Shown here in pieces: positions 36,559 through 46,281 of a stretch of 64,000 nt of DNA. Made by a program: the position numbers and the translations under genes. The stretch covers positions 5,557 to 69,556 of the forward strand of contig DAOLHK010000002.1 of assembly GCA_035329105.1 (NCBI GenBank), in the 5' to 3' direction. The notes below the pieces were generated by a model. It worked only from the letters and a program-made list of their open reading frames with translations, had not been told where the DNA came from and ran no database searches. The stretch is from Candidatus Saccharimonadota bacterium (GTDB taxonomy: Bacteria; Patescibacteriota; Saccharimonadia; CAILAD01; BJGX01). How positions within the stretch are numbered: the first letter of the stretch is position 1; each line of letters begins with the position of its first letter.

Positions 36559-37311
36559 CTATGGCTGGAAAGTATTGTGTATAACATCAAAGGCATCTGA
36601 ATACTTTTCGTAGTTCTCTTCTGGAGATTGAGTAACTATGGTGTACACGGAATTGTCTTTGTTGAGTATCACTGTGACTTTGGCTTTGATTTTGCCGTTT
36701 TCGCCATTGTAAACAATAATGAATTTGAGCGCATCTAATCCTTTGAAGGTTTCGCGAGATTCATAGACTATCGTAGAACCATTGTATTTTTCTTTGATAC
36801 TATCTCTAATTGCGTTGAGAACATCCTTGCTATAGCCATTGGCTGGTGGTGGAAGATATATAATCTCGCTTTGACCATATACTTTTCCGGTATTGTTCTT
36901 GAGCTCATCTTTAAATATATAGCCTTGGGCGCCATCTTGGTTTTCGACTTCTTTGACCCAGCCTTTTGGAAACTTAATGGTATAGCTAGGGTTTGTATTG
37001 GAGAAAGTATCTAGTGTTACTCTTGGATTGGCTAAAGCAACAAAAATTATTATTAATATCACAAATTGGAATATACCGTTGAGTACCGAGATGATTATTC
37101 CTGCTATTGCTAGGCCTTTACCTTTTTCATTGCGTTTTGAAGCTTGTGAAATACCTACGATTGAGCAAATCAAACCGACTAGGGGTATAAAAAACGCTGA
37201 TATTAGACCTATTATCGATAAAGTATTAGTCTTTTGAGATTTGAGTGTATCTACCGCTTTGGGTTCGGTTTTAGTATTTTTGCTATTATCGACTTTTTGT
37301 TCTTCTGGCAT
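36559..37311 (-). CDS. hypothetical membrane-anchored protein
   Basis: 250 aa. N-terminal two-TM hairpin followed by a soluble beta-rich domain. Confidence 0.5.
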   Translation of the reverse strand: MPEEQKVDNSKNTKTEPKAVDTLKSQKTNTLSIIGLISAFFIPLVGLICSIVGISQASKRNEKGKGLAIAGIIISVLNGIFQFVILIIIFVALANPRVTLDTFSNTNPSYTIKFPKGWVKEVENQDGAQGYIFKDELKNNTGKVYGQSEIIYLPPPANGYSKDVLNAIRDSIKEKYNGSTIVYESRETFKGLDALKFIIVYNGENGKIKAKVTVILNKDNSVYTIVTQSPEENYEKYSDAFDVIHNTFQP

Positions 37312-37479
37312 GACTCTCCTGGTTAATGTTAGTTAATATTATATACTCTAAAATTAGCCTTTTCTAGTTATGTAGATTATGTTGTATAGCATTAATTCCT
37401 GACAGGTTTAATATTTACCGAGCTATATAGGTATGATAATATACCTAAGATTATCGCACCCAAGAGGAGCTTAGACACC

Positions 37480-38004
37480 ATGCCACTTTCCACCCAATTG
37501 CTTGATCAGCATCAAGCTGAAGTTGCTAAGTTTGAACAAGAACATTACAATTCTTCGAGAGAACGCAGAAAGCGTAGTCGGCAAAAAAATAAGCAAATCA
37601 ATAAAGAAGTTATTTTACAACTTTATAGAGATGTTTTACCGGCCAGTATTGCCCAGAGATTCAGTCTCGATCTTAATCAAATTACTGAGGTCAAAAGTTC
37701 TAAACCATTTCTTTCTGCTAATTATGACTTAATTTATCGAGTAGATGATATCTTTATTGGTATCAAATTTAGAAGTCGTAAGAAGTGGTTGATTAGGACC
37801 TTAACATCTTCAGCAATTAGTGGATATGTAATCTACTGTGGTCAATTCAATGGATTTACCATTCAAAATTGCCACATATTCCCATTTAACCGTAATGGCC
37901 TAATGCAAGCGCTTTTAAAAATTAAGAGTAGTAAACTAGGTAGTTTGAAGTTTCAAGACTCTGATACGATTCGTGATTTGCTTAGATTAGAAATTCAAGA
38001 CTAG
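37480..38004 (+). CDS. hypothetical protein with a basic N-terminal segment that may be HTH-like
   Basis: 174 aa. No recognisable catalytic motif. Confidence 0.4.
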   Translation: MPLSTQLLDQHQAEVAKFEQEHYNSSRERRKRSRQKNKQINKEVILQLYRDVLPASIAQRFSLDLNQITEVKSSKPFLSANYDLIYRVDDIFIGIKFRSRKKWLIRTLTSSAISGYVIYCGQFNGFTIQNCHIFPFNRNGLMQALLKIKSSKLGSLKFQDSDTIRDLLRLEIQD

Positions 38005-38036
38005 AGCTTAGCCCCAAAGAAAATTTGGGGTTTTAT

Positions 38037-39857
38037 TTATTCTATTACAGCTTTTATACGCCTTACACCTGCCGAGCTAGACTCTTCTTTGGTTATCTTG
38101 AACTTTCCTATCTCGCCAGTGTGAGATACATGCGGTCCACCACATATCTCTTTGCTATAATATTCACCCTTCGGGTCTCCGACAGTATAGACCTTGACTA
38201 TCTCAGGGTATTTTTCGCCAAATGCTCCTAGGGCTCCTTGGGCAAATGCATCGTCTTTGGACTTTTCCATAAAACTTACTGGCATGTCCTTGGCAATCAC
38301 TTCATTGACTATCTTCTCGACTTGAGCAATCTGTTCGGGTGTCATCTTTTCACCGTGTGAAAAATCAAATCGCATACGTTCTGCAGTAATATTACTACCT
38401 CTTTGCATCACGTGATCACCTAGTACTTGGCGTAATGCCTTGTACATCAAGTGTGTTGCGGTGTGATAGCGAGTTGCTATTTCTGAGCTATCCGACAGAC
38501 CTCCCTTGAATTGTCCAGCAGTTGCGCTTCTGCTGCGTTGTTTTTGAGCCTCCATTGATTTGGTGAATTCAATTTCAATGTCTTTGGCAATTGGTATATC
38601 CTTGCGTCTGGCCTCTTCTATGCTGAGCTCTTTGGGAAATCCATAGGTATCATATAGAGTAAATGCATCTGACCCGGTTAGGTCTTTTTTGTCTCTTAAT
38701 AATTTTCCAAATTCTTTTAGGCCTCTTGTGAGGGTTTGACGGAAGATGTTTTCCTCTCTTCTTAATACTGTCATTATTTCTGAAGGGTTTTGTAGCTCAG
38801 GATACACATCTTCATATAGAGAGATTACTCTAGGGGCAATTCTTTCGAAGAGCCCTTGGTGTATACCTAGCACCAATGCTTCACGAATAGCTCTACGGGC
38901 CAATCTTCTCATCACATAGCCCTGGTCTTTGTTACTAGGCTCTACGCCATCCGCTGCCATGAATGTAATAGCTCTAGTATGGTCTGTGATGATTCTGACT
39001 GCACGCAAACTACTATCTGGATTGGATTCTTTGAATATTTCTTTGTGTGTTTCTAGGGCATATTGCTCAACTGATTCTTTGATCTGAGCAAGCACGTCCG
39101 TGTCATATACATTGTCTACTCCTTGCAAAACAGCTGCTATTCTCTCCATACCCATACCAGTATCGACATTCTTATTTTGCAATTCCGAGTAGCTACCGTC
39201 CTCTTGCTTTTGATATGCCATAAATACGTTGTTCCATATTTCTACAAAATCAGAACTTTCGGTATCGAACTTGGGGTCTTTTTCTTTGCCAAGATAGTAG
39301 AAAATCTCTGTATCTGGACCTGCTGGACCCGTAGCTACTCCACCTTGTTCCCACCAATTGTCTTCTCGACCCATAGCAAGAATGCGTTCGCCTTCTTTTG
39401 CATCTATGCCTACGCTCTTAAATTGTTCTCGCCAGAGCTCAATAGACTCTATATCTTTTGGAACTTCTCCATCTCCCTCATAGACAGTCACATATAACTT
39501 GTGAGGATCTATTGCTAGCCATTTATCACTCGTCAAGAATTCCCAGCTCCATGGGATAGATTCGGCTTTGAAGTAATCTCCAAGGCTCCAATTACCAAGC
39601 ATCTCAAAAAATGTTAGATGAGATCCATCACCTACTTCTTCAATGTCAGTGGTACGTACACACTTTTGCGAGTCTGCTAGACGCTTGCCCAAAGGATGTG
39701 GCTCACCCAACAGATAAGGTACCAATGGGTGCATACCTGCAGTAGTAAATAACACTGTAGGATCATGCTCTGGCACGACTGGTGCACTGGGTATGATAGC
39801 ATGATCTTTGGATTTGAAGAATTCCAGGAATTTAGAACGAATTTCTGATGTAGTCAT
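38037..39857 (-). CDS. alaS: alanyl-tRNA synthetase, short form lacking the C-Ala domain
   Basis: N-terminus MTTSEIRSKFLEFFKSKDHAIIPSAPVVP...DPTVLFTTAGM. Editing-domain HxxxH (HTATHLMYKALRQVLGDHV) and the C-terminal Cys/His cluster. Only 606 aa. Confidence 0.85.
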   Translation of the reverse strand: MTTSEIRSKFLEFFKSKDHAIIPSAPVVPEHDPTVLFTTAGMHPLVPYLLGEPHPLGKRLADSQKCVRTTDIEEVGDGSHLTFFEMLGNWSLGDYFKAESIPWSWEFLTSDKWLAIDPHKLYVTVYEGDGEVPKDIESIELWREQFKSVGIDAKEGERILAMGREDNWWEQGGVATGPAGPDTEIFYYLGKEKDPKFDTESSDFVEIWNNVFMAYQKQEDGSYSELQNKNVDTGMGMERIAAVLQGVDNVYDTDVLAQIKESVEQYALETHKEIFKESNPDSSLRAVRIITDHTRAITFMAADGVEPSNKDQGYVMRRLARRAIREALVLGIHQGLFERIAPRVISLYEDVYPELQNPSEIMTVLRREENIFRQTLTRGLKEFGKLLRDKKDLTGSDAFTLYDTYGFPKELSIEEARRKDIPIAKDIEIEFTKSMEAQKQRSRSATAGQFKGGLSDSSEIATRYHTATHLMYKALRQVLGDHVMQRGSNITAERMRFDFSHGEKMTPEQIAQVEKIVNEVIAKDMPVSFMEKSKDDAFAQGALGAFGEKYPEIVKVYTVGDPKGEYYSKEICGGPHVSHTGEIGKFKITKEESSSAGVRRIKAVIE

Positions 39858-39912
39858 AGCAGAAATTATATCATTTTTCAGATAATGCTTCTAGCTAGAG
39901 GACTAATATGAG

Positions 39913-40509
39913 CTAGTTCGTAGGTGTAGTAGGATTTGTAGTTGTAGGAGTTGTGGTAGTGGTCGGTGTAGCTGATTGATACCAAGCGGTAGGTAAGCTA
40001 AACTTCTCACCCTCTACCTTTGTGATGGTTGATGCGGTAGTAAATACAAGAGCCCAAGTACCATTGACCTTCTTGAAAACATAAGTTTTTGAACTTCCTG
40101 GCACCGCAGTCGTACCGCTCTGACAACTTGCAACCAATCGTGCCGAATTAGTTTCGTCTGATACCTCTACCTGTTCTTTAGTAGTTCCTACTGTACCTAC
40201 AATAAGTGCAAGCCCCTTCTGGCTTTCACAATTTGCTTTTGCGATATTTAATACTACATTCTTGTCACTATTAGCGGCTTGCTGTTCTGCAATCCGAGCA
40301 TTTAAGGCATTGACATCAGCGCTGAGGCTACCCACCTTGGTAAGATATTGTTGTCTTTTGTAATAACCAAATCCACAAACAACCAAGAGGGCTATGATAG
40401 ATAGTATTGCCAATATCATCCATACTCTTGAGGATTTTGGAGGAGGTGGTGGCATGATATTGTCCGGAGCTTGATTGGTAATTGGCATTTGGGGGTCTTG
40501 TGGCTGCAT
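39913..40509 (-). CDS. hypothetical membrane-anchored protein with a Thr/Pro-rich C-terminus
   Basis: 198 aa with a single TM segment. Confidence 0.45.
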   Translation of the reverse strand: MQPQDPQMPITNQAPDNIMPPPPPKSSRVWMILAILSIIALLVVCGFGYYKRQQYLTKVGSLSADVNALNARIAEQQAANSDKNVVLNIAKANCESQKGLALIVGTVGTTKEQVEVSDETNSARLVASCQSGTTAVPGSSKTYVFKKVNGTWALVFTTASTITKVEGEKFSLPTAWYQSATPTTTTTPTTTNPTTPTN

Positions 40510-40829
40510 AATTTATTCCTATTATTAGTTATGCTTATAATGATACCCGAAGTATTGTCCAGATACAAATTGAAGATTTATTGGCTCAAACTCAGCTTGC
40601 GATGATAGATAGATGTTCTAGATGTAAGTGCTTGATTAGAGACAGGCCTTTTAGTTAGTTTGTACAAATTATAATTGAAGTCTTTTTGCTGCAATACCAG
40701 TTTTGATTGTTTGACAATATGCCTAATGTCATAAGGATGACGTGTAGGGCTATATATGTATGCGCTTTGACTTGTGGTTTGATGCAAACTTCTAGTATTC
40801 ATAGTCTAATTATACCAAACTTGTAAAGC

Positions 40830-41870
40830 TTACAGTTTAATAATTCCGCCGCCGACTACCATGTCTCCGTCATAAAACACTGCTGATTGACCAGGCGCGA
40901 TGGCTCTTTCTGGATTTTCCAGTTCCACTTTGCATTCATTATTGCTACTAGGGTTGATATATGCAGGTTTTAGTTCGCTACGATATCGTACACGAACCAT
41001 GTATTTGGTATTCTCCTTTGGCTCTATCCACCACTTACAATCAGTGATTGTGAATTCTTTCTTGCATAGCAAAGATGAATTTTCATCATTTGTTACTCGA
41101 ACGATATTTTTGTCTATATCGATTTGGTATACAAAATAAGGCTTGCCTCCACCGATTCCTAGGCCATGTCTTTGTCCAATTGTATAATAAAATGCCCCGT
41201 TGTGTTCAGAAAGTTCTTTGTTGTGTTCATCTACAATCTTTCCTTTCTGAGGTTTGATAAACTCACTCAAGAAGTCACGCATAGGAATATTACCCACGAA
41301 GCATAAGCCCTGTGAGTCCGGGCGATCGAAGTTGGGTAATTCAATCTTTTTGGCGATACTGCGTACTTTTTTCTTGTCCAAATCCGAAAGAGGAAAAATA
41401 ACTCTATCGATGACTTTAGGATCAATACGATAAAGAAAGTAGGTCTGATCTTTTGATTTATCAGTAGCTATAGCTAGATTACCAGAGACGATCTTGGCGT
41501 AATGCCCAGTAGCAATATAGTCTGCACCTTGATTGATGCATTTGTTATAAAAAACATCAAACTTGATCTTTTCATTACACATGATATCAGGATTGGGGGT
41601 TTGGCCTTTTTTGTAAGTATCTATCATATACTTTGCGACATGATCAAAGTATTCTTTTTCAAAATCAAATATATGAAGAGGTATTTGAAGATAGGCTGAT
41701 ACTATCCTCGCACTAGACAAATCTTCTTGCCAAGGGCAGGTGTGCCCACCGATGTCCTTACTCCAGTTCTTCATGTATACCCCTATGACATCATAGCCCT
41801 GCTCTTTGAGTAAGTATGCTGAGACAGCACTATCTACCCCTCCTGATAAACCTACATAGACCGTTTTCAT
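40830..41870 (-). CDS. mnmA: tRNA-specific 2-thiouridylase
   Basis: PP-loop VGLSGGVDSAV and catalytic cysteines. 346 aa. Confidence 0.9.
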   Translation of the reverse strand: MKTVYVGLSGGVDSAVSAYLLKEQGYDVIGVYMKNWSKDIGGHTCPWQEDLSSARIVSAYLQIPLHIFDFEKEYFDHVAKYMIDTYKKGQTPNPDIMCNEKIKFDVFYNKCINQGADYIATGHYAKIVSGNLAIATDKSKDQTYFLYRIDPKVIDRVIFPLSDLDKKKVRSIAKKIELPNFDRPDSQGLCFVGNIPMRDFLSEFIKPQKGKIVDEHNKELSEHNGAFYYTIGQRHGLGIGGGKPYFVYQIDIDKNIVRVTNDENSSLLCKKEFTITDCKWWIEPKENTKYMVRVRYRSELKPAYINPSSNNECKVELENPERAIAPGQSAVFYDGDMVVGGGIIKL

Positions 41871-42466
41871 TGATAGTTGCCTGTTACATATATATAAAGT
41901 AGTTTTTGTAATTCACTGATTGATATATTTCGTCCAAATTCAGTATTCCACCACTGAGCCTTACTCCATCTATTATCAAAAGAACTGACATTTTGTATCT
42001 GATAATCCTTGCCTAGTACTTTGGAGAAAGTTTCACTAGTACGTCTTTGATGGTAGGGACTTGTCACTAGTATGATGTTCTTGGCTCCAATCTCCTCAAG
42101 CAATCTTTTTGAGTTAGTAGCATTTTGAAAAGTGTTTTGAGAGTCCGAATCTATCAGTATAGTTCTCACTGGTACTCCTGCTTCGATGGCCTGATTACGC
42201 ATTGCTATCGCGTTACTTGGGCCGTCATCAAGAGCTGCTCCTGAGAAAATAATATTTTTTGCCAAACCTTCTTTATAAAGCTCTATGCCTTTTTCTGCCC
42301 GAGTTGTAGTCTGTCCACCACTTACAACTACTATTGCGTCAGCATTCTTTGGTTCAGATTGGGGGCTCAAGAAAAAACCCAATCCAAAAAATGCCACAGC
42401 GAATAAAGCAAGTGCTATGCCTAGTATGATTGATATCGTGATAAGAAAATTTTTAAATCCTTCCAT
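41867..42466 (-). CDS. DUF218 (YdcF/SanA/ElyC-like) domain protein with an N-terminal TM segment
   Basis: DUF218 pattern VVVSGGQTTTRAEKG...IFSGAA...ENAIAMRNQAIEAGVP...NTFQNATNS...LVTSPYHQRR. Confidence 0.65.
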   Translation of the reverse strand: MEGFKNFLITISIILGIALALFAVAFFGLGFFLSPQSEPKNADAIVVVSGGQTTTRAEKGIELYKEGLAKNIIFSGAALDDGPSNAIAMRNQAIEAGVPVRTILIDSDSQNTFQNATNSKRLLEEIGAKNIILVTSPYHQRRTSETFSKVLGKDYQIQNVSSFDNRWSKAQWWNTEFGRNISISELQKLLYIYVTGNYQ

Positions 42467-42467
42467 C

Positions 42468-43613
42468 TTATACCCTTAGCTTATTAACTGACTGTTGAAG
42501 CGCACCTACTAGTATATCTATATCTTCAATTGTAGTAGACCTACCAAATGATACTCTGATACTGCCTTGAGCCAAAGATTCTTCAACCCCCATTGCTAGT
42601 AATATCCTTGTAGGTTTTTCATTATTTGCCAGGCAGGCAGCTCCAGTTGATAACTCTATACCCATCGCGTCTAGATATGCCACTAAGTCTTCGCCATTGA
42701 CATTGTCGATTCCGATATTTGCAATATTATATATCCGTTCTTTTGGATGGCCAAATATACTGATATCAAGCTTTTCAGAAAGTCGATCCAAAAAGTAATG
42801 ATACAATTTCTGATAATGCTCTGCATCTCGGGCACGATTGCTATCAAGTATTTCTACAGCTTTGGCAAAACCCACAATAGAAGCTAAGTCCTGAGTACCA
42901 GCACGAATTCCAGATTCTTGTTTACCTCCATACAACATTGGCTCCAATTCTACCCCACGGCGGACATAGAGAAGTCCCGAAGCAGGTCCGTATATTTTTG
43001 ATGAACTCAATGTCATCAGATCTACTCCGAGTCGATCTACTGAGATATGAAGAGTGGAAAATGCCCCCGTTGCATCAATATGTAAAATAGGCTTCACAAT
43101 TCCTTGAGTTTTAATATCATCTATCACCTTTCGAATTTTAGAGATTTGCTGAATAGTTCCCGTTGTAGAATTGGCATATTGGATAGTGACTAGGATAGTA
43201 TCTGCCTTGATGAGTTTTTTGAAGTGCTCTAGATCGATACGTCCATATTTATCAACATTGCACCAATCGAGCTTGAATCCTTCTTTTTCTAAACGCACTA
43301 AAGGCTCATATACTGAAGGGTGTTCTGTGCCAAGAGATATTATTCTACCTGCTTGATATTTTCTTGATATACCAAATATTGCTAGATTATTTGATTCAGT
43401 TGAGCTACTAGTAAATACTATTTCATCCTTATTGCAATTGAGTGATATCGCAATCTGTTTTCTCGAATGCTCCAAGATTTTCTTGGCTTCTCTGGCGCTT
43501 GCATAACGTGCTGATGGATTCGAGAAGTAACTTCTATGATTATCAATTGCTTCAGCAACCTGCTGGTCCAGTGGTGTAGCTGCAGCATAATCAAAATACA
43601 ATCTTGTTTTCAT
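42468..43613 (-). CDS. cysteine desulfurase (IscS/NifS-like class V aminotransferase)
   Basis: PLP-lysine region SSSKIYGPASGLLYVRRG and a C-terminal active-site Cys loop. Adjacent to mnmA. Confidence 0.8.
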   Translation of the reverse strand: MKTRLYFDYAAATPLDQQVAEAIDNHRSYFSNPSARYASAREAKKILEHSRKQIAISLNCNKDEIVFTSSSTESNNLAIFGISRKYQAGRIISLGTEHPSVYEPLVRLEKEGFKLDWCNVDKYGRIDLEHFKKLIKADTILVTIQYANSTTGTIQQISKIRKVIDDIKTQGIVKPILHIDATGAFSTLHISVDRLGVDLMTLSSSKIYGPASGLLYVRRGVELEPMLYGGKQESGIRAGTQDLASIVGFAKAVEILDSNRARDAEHYQKLYHYFLDRLSEKLDISIFGHPKERIYNIANIGIDNVNGEDLVAYLDAMGIELSTGAACLANNEKPTRILLAMGVEESLAQGSIRVSFGRSTTIEDIDILVGALQQSVNKLRV

Positions 43614-44401
43614 ATTGCAAATAATTCCTTAGCATTTTGTGTAGTCACGCTAGATATATCATCAATATCACGATATGAAATAGTAGCTATAAATTTTGCA
43701 ATCTCATTTATATATCCAGGCTGATTGAGTTTACCTCGAAACGGCACAGGTGCAAGATACGGACAATCTGTCTCTAGCAACAACAGATTTTTAGGTATAG
43801 CCTGGAGTGCATCGAGTTGCTTCTGGTCTTTTGTAAAGGTCATTATGCCATTGATACCAAAGTATAGTCCGTTGCTAGAAGCAATTTCAACATGCTCTGG
43901 ATGACCAGTAAAGCTATGAATGACACCCTTGGTGCCAGGATGGTTTTTTAGTATTGCAAAGAAATCATCCCATGCATCACGTACATGAAATACGACCGGC
44001 AAATCAAGTTGTCGAGCAAGCTCAAGCTGAGATTCTAGTGTCTTGAATTGATCAGTTTTGGATGAATGATTTTTAAAATAATCAAGTCCACACTCTCCAA
44101 CAGCTTTGATAGATTTTTTATGTTTACTTACTGTTATTAATTCTTTCAATTTTTCTAATCCCCTGGTGTCACTATTGGCATCATGAGGATGAATACCAGC
44201 TGTAGTATATAATCTAATATCATTTGCAAGAGATAAAACTGTAGGATCATTTACAAATTCGAGTGCTTTTTGAGAATCTTCTTCATTGGTGCCTACCGTA
44301 ATTATTGACTCGACTCTGTTTGATGCTGCTGTTTCAAAAATCGATTCTAGTATATTGCTAAACTCATCAAAATGAATATGTGCATGAGTATCAATAATCA
44401 T
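43610..44401 (-). CDS. tatD: TatD family metal-dependent hydrolase
   Basis: MIIDTHAHIHFDEF with conserved His and Glu residues along the length. Confidence 0.85.
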   Translation of the reverse strand: MIIDTHAHIHFDEFSNILESIFETAASNRVESIITVGTNEEDSQKALEFVNDPTVLSLANDIRLYTTAGIHPHDANSDTRGLEKLKELITVSKHKKSIKAVGECGLDYFKNHSSKTDQFKTLESQLELARQLDLPVVFHVRDAWDDFFAILKNHPGTKGVIHSFTGHPEHVEIASSNGLYFGINGIMTFTKDQKQLDALQAIPKNLLLLETDCPYLAPVPFRGKLNQPGYINEIAKFIATISYRDIDDISSVTTQNAKELFAI

Positions 44402-44822
44402 CTAGATGATCCTCAAATATTTCTACAGGCACAGTAGAGTAATTGGTATATCTTACCCATACAGGGGTAATAGCTACAAAGCATGCACCAGGATCGTCCT
44501 TGTGTTGCGATAATATGGGGTGTTTTTGGTAATGGTTCTTAGAATATTCCCCTGCATCTTCAAGATTGACTAATCTAGCTGTACCTTCTATTTGTAAGGT
44601 AGTCAGATGCTCACCGCCCAAGCCTATCACAACAGATACATTTGGATTGAGTAAGATATTCTTTACTTTTCTAGAGTCTTTGTTGGTAGCAAATATTATC
44701 TCTAGTTTTTTATTTTCAGAAAATGCCACCAGGGCTGATTCTGGTTGACCTGCTCTATTTGCACTAGAAACCACAGCATATTTTTCAGACTTTATAAAAT
44801 CATATAATTTTTGATCTTTCAT
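44391..44822 (-). CDS. pyridoxamine 5'-phosphate oxidase-like FMN-binding protein
   Basis: Start at the ATG at 44822, preceded by AAAGGAG (MKDQKLYDFIKSEKYAVVSSANRAGQPESALVAF). Confidence 0.5.
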   Translation of the reverse strand: MKDQKLYDFIKSEKYAVVSSANRAGQPESALVAFSENKKLEIIFATNKDSRKVKNILLNPNVSVVIGLGGEHLTTLQIEGTARLVNLEDAGEYSKNHYQKHPILSQHKDDPGACFVAITPVWVRYTNYSTVPVEIFEDHLDDY

Positions 44823-44835
44823 ATAATACTCCTTT

Positions 44836-46281
44836 TTAATCAATTCTTGGAAACAATACCTCTGAATTTTTAGATACAGTACCATTTTCAAATGTTGCGA
44901 GTATCTTGTCAGAGCTATCTACTAAGATAGGCTTGAGAGACTCTGCAAGCTTCACAATCTCACATGCTATAGAGCTGAGGACTTGCTTGGTCTTGACTTG
45001 GTCAGTTTTGTATAGCTCCCAGGGCTTGGTTTCTTCCAGTAGAGTGTTGAGCTCCTCGACTCTAGAGATAATAATAGTCAAGAACTTATCAAATTGGAGA
45101 TCCTCTATAAATGTATCGTAATCTTCTATATCGGATAATTTTATCTCGTCATATTTTGATGCGCAGTATTTGTCGAGCATCGTAGCTACTCTAGAGACTA
45201 GATTACCCAATTTGTTGCCAAGCTCTGTATTGTATACGACCTTGAGACGCTGTTCGCTAAAATCACCATCTGCGCCAAACGGAATTTCACGGAGTAAGAA
45301 ATAACGAATTGCATCGTTGCCGTATTTCTCTACCAGTCCTACCGGATCTATGGCATTACCAAGGCTCTTGCTGATTTTTTCACCATCGATGGTAAAGAAA
45401 CCATGAGCGAATACTTGTCTTGGTAGGTCCAACCCGGCACTCATAAGCATTGCCGGCCAGTAAATACAGTGAAACTTGATGATATCTTTACCGACAATGT
45501 GCACATCGGCTGGCCACCACTTATCGAATTGTGCTGTATCATAGCCTGCTGCTGTTACATAATTGAGCAGAGCATCAAACCACACATATGCCACCTGACT
45601 ATTATCAAAAGGCAATCTTATACCCCAATCTTGACTTTCTCTGCTTATACTAAAGTCTTCTAGACCTTTGTTTTTGATAAATGACAAAATCTCATTGCGC
45701 CTAGATTGTGGATGAATAAAATCAGGATTATTCTCAATATGATTTAAGAGCCGATCTTGGTATTTTGAAAGCTTAAAAAACCAATTATCTTCCTTGATGT
45801 GCTCCGGCTCTCTTTTGTGATCAGGGCATAGACCATCGACCAGATCTTCTGGCTTCATAAATGCTTCGTGTCCCACACAGTACAAGCCCTCATAGACACC
45901 TTTGTAAATGTCACCATTGTCATACACTTTTTGTAGTACATCCTGTACGGTGCGAACATGATCTTCATCGGTGGTGCGTATGAATCGGTCATAAGAAATG
46001 TGTAGCTTATCAAAAATTGTTTGCCATTTTTTGGCGGTCTTTGACGTATAGACATCTATGTCTTCGCTATTCTTACTCGCTGCCTCTACAGTTTTTTGGG
46101 AATTCTCATCTGTACCTGTTACGAACAATACGTTGTCTTTACCTATCTTTTCTCGATAATACCGTGCCAATACATCTGCGGCAATAGTGCTGTAAGCATG
46201 CCCTATATGCGGGATGTCATTGATGTAGTATATGGGTGTTGTGACATAGAATTTTTTATTCTGAGTATTGTTAGTGTTCAT
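44836..46281 (-). CDS. metG: methionyl-tRNA synthetase (short, core only)
   Basis: HIGH motif PHIGHAYSTIAADVLARY and KMSKS as KISKSLGN. 481 aa. Confidence 0.9.
   Translation of the reverse strand: MNTNNTQNKKFYVTTPIYYINDIPHIGHAYSTIAADVLARYYREKIGKDNVLFVTGTDENSQKTVEAASKNSEDIDVYTSKTAKKWQTIFDKLHISYDRFIRTTDEDHVRTVQDVLQKVYDNGDIYKGVYEGLYCVGHEAFMKPEDLVDGLCPDHKREPEHIKEDNWFFKLSKYQDRLLNHIENNPDFIHPQSRRNEILSFIKNKGLEDFSISRESQDWGIRLPFDNSQVAYVWFDALLNYVTAAGYDTAQFDKWWPADVHIVGKDIIKFHCIYWPAMLMSAGLDLPRQVFAHGFFTIDGEKISKSLGNAIDPVGLVEKYGNDAIRYFLLREIPFGADGDFSEQRLKVVYNTELGNKLGNLVSRVATMLDKYCASKYDEIKLSDIEDYDTFIEDLQFDKFLTIIISRVEELNTLLEETKPWELYKTDQVKTKQVLSSIACEIVKLAESLKPILVDSSDKILATFENGTVSKNSEVLFPRID

Noticed and set aside
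40578-40802. A 74-aa minus-strand ORF between mnmA and the upstream membrane protein gene
   Set aside because: Low-complexity and His/Tyr/Ser-rich, with no RBS. It is likely intergenic, and the region more probably holds the promoter for the mnmA operon.
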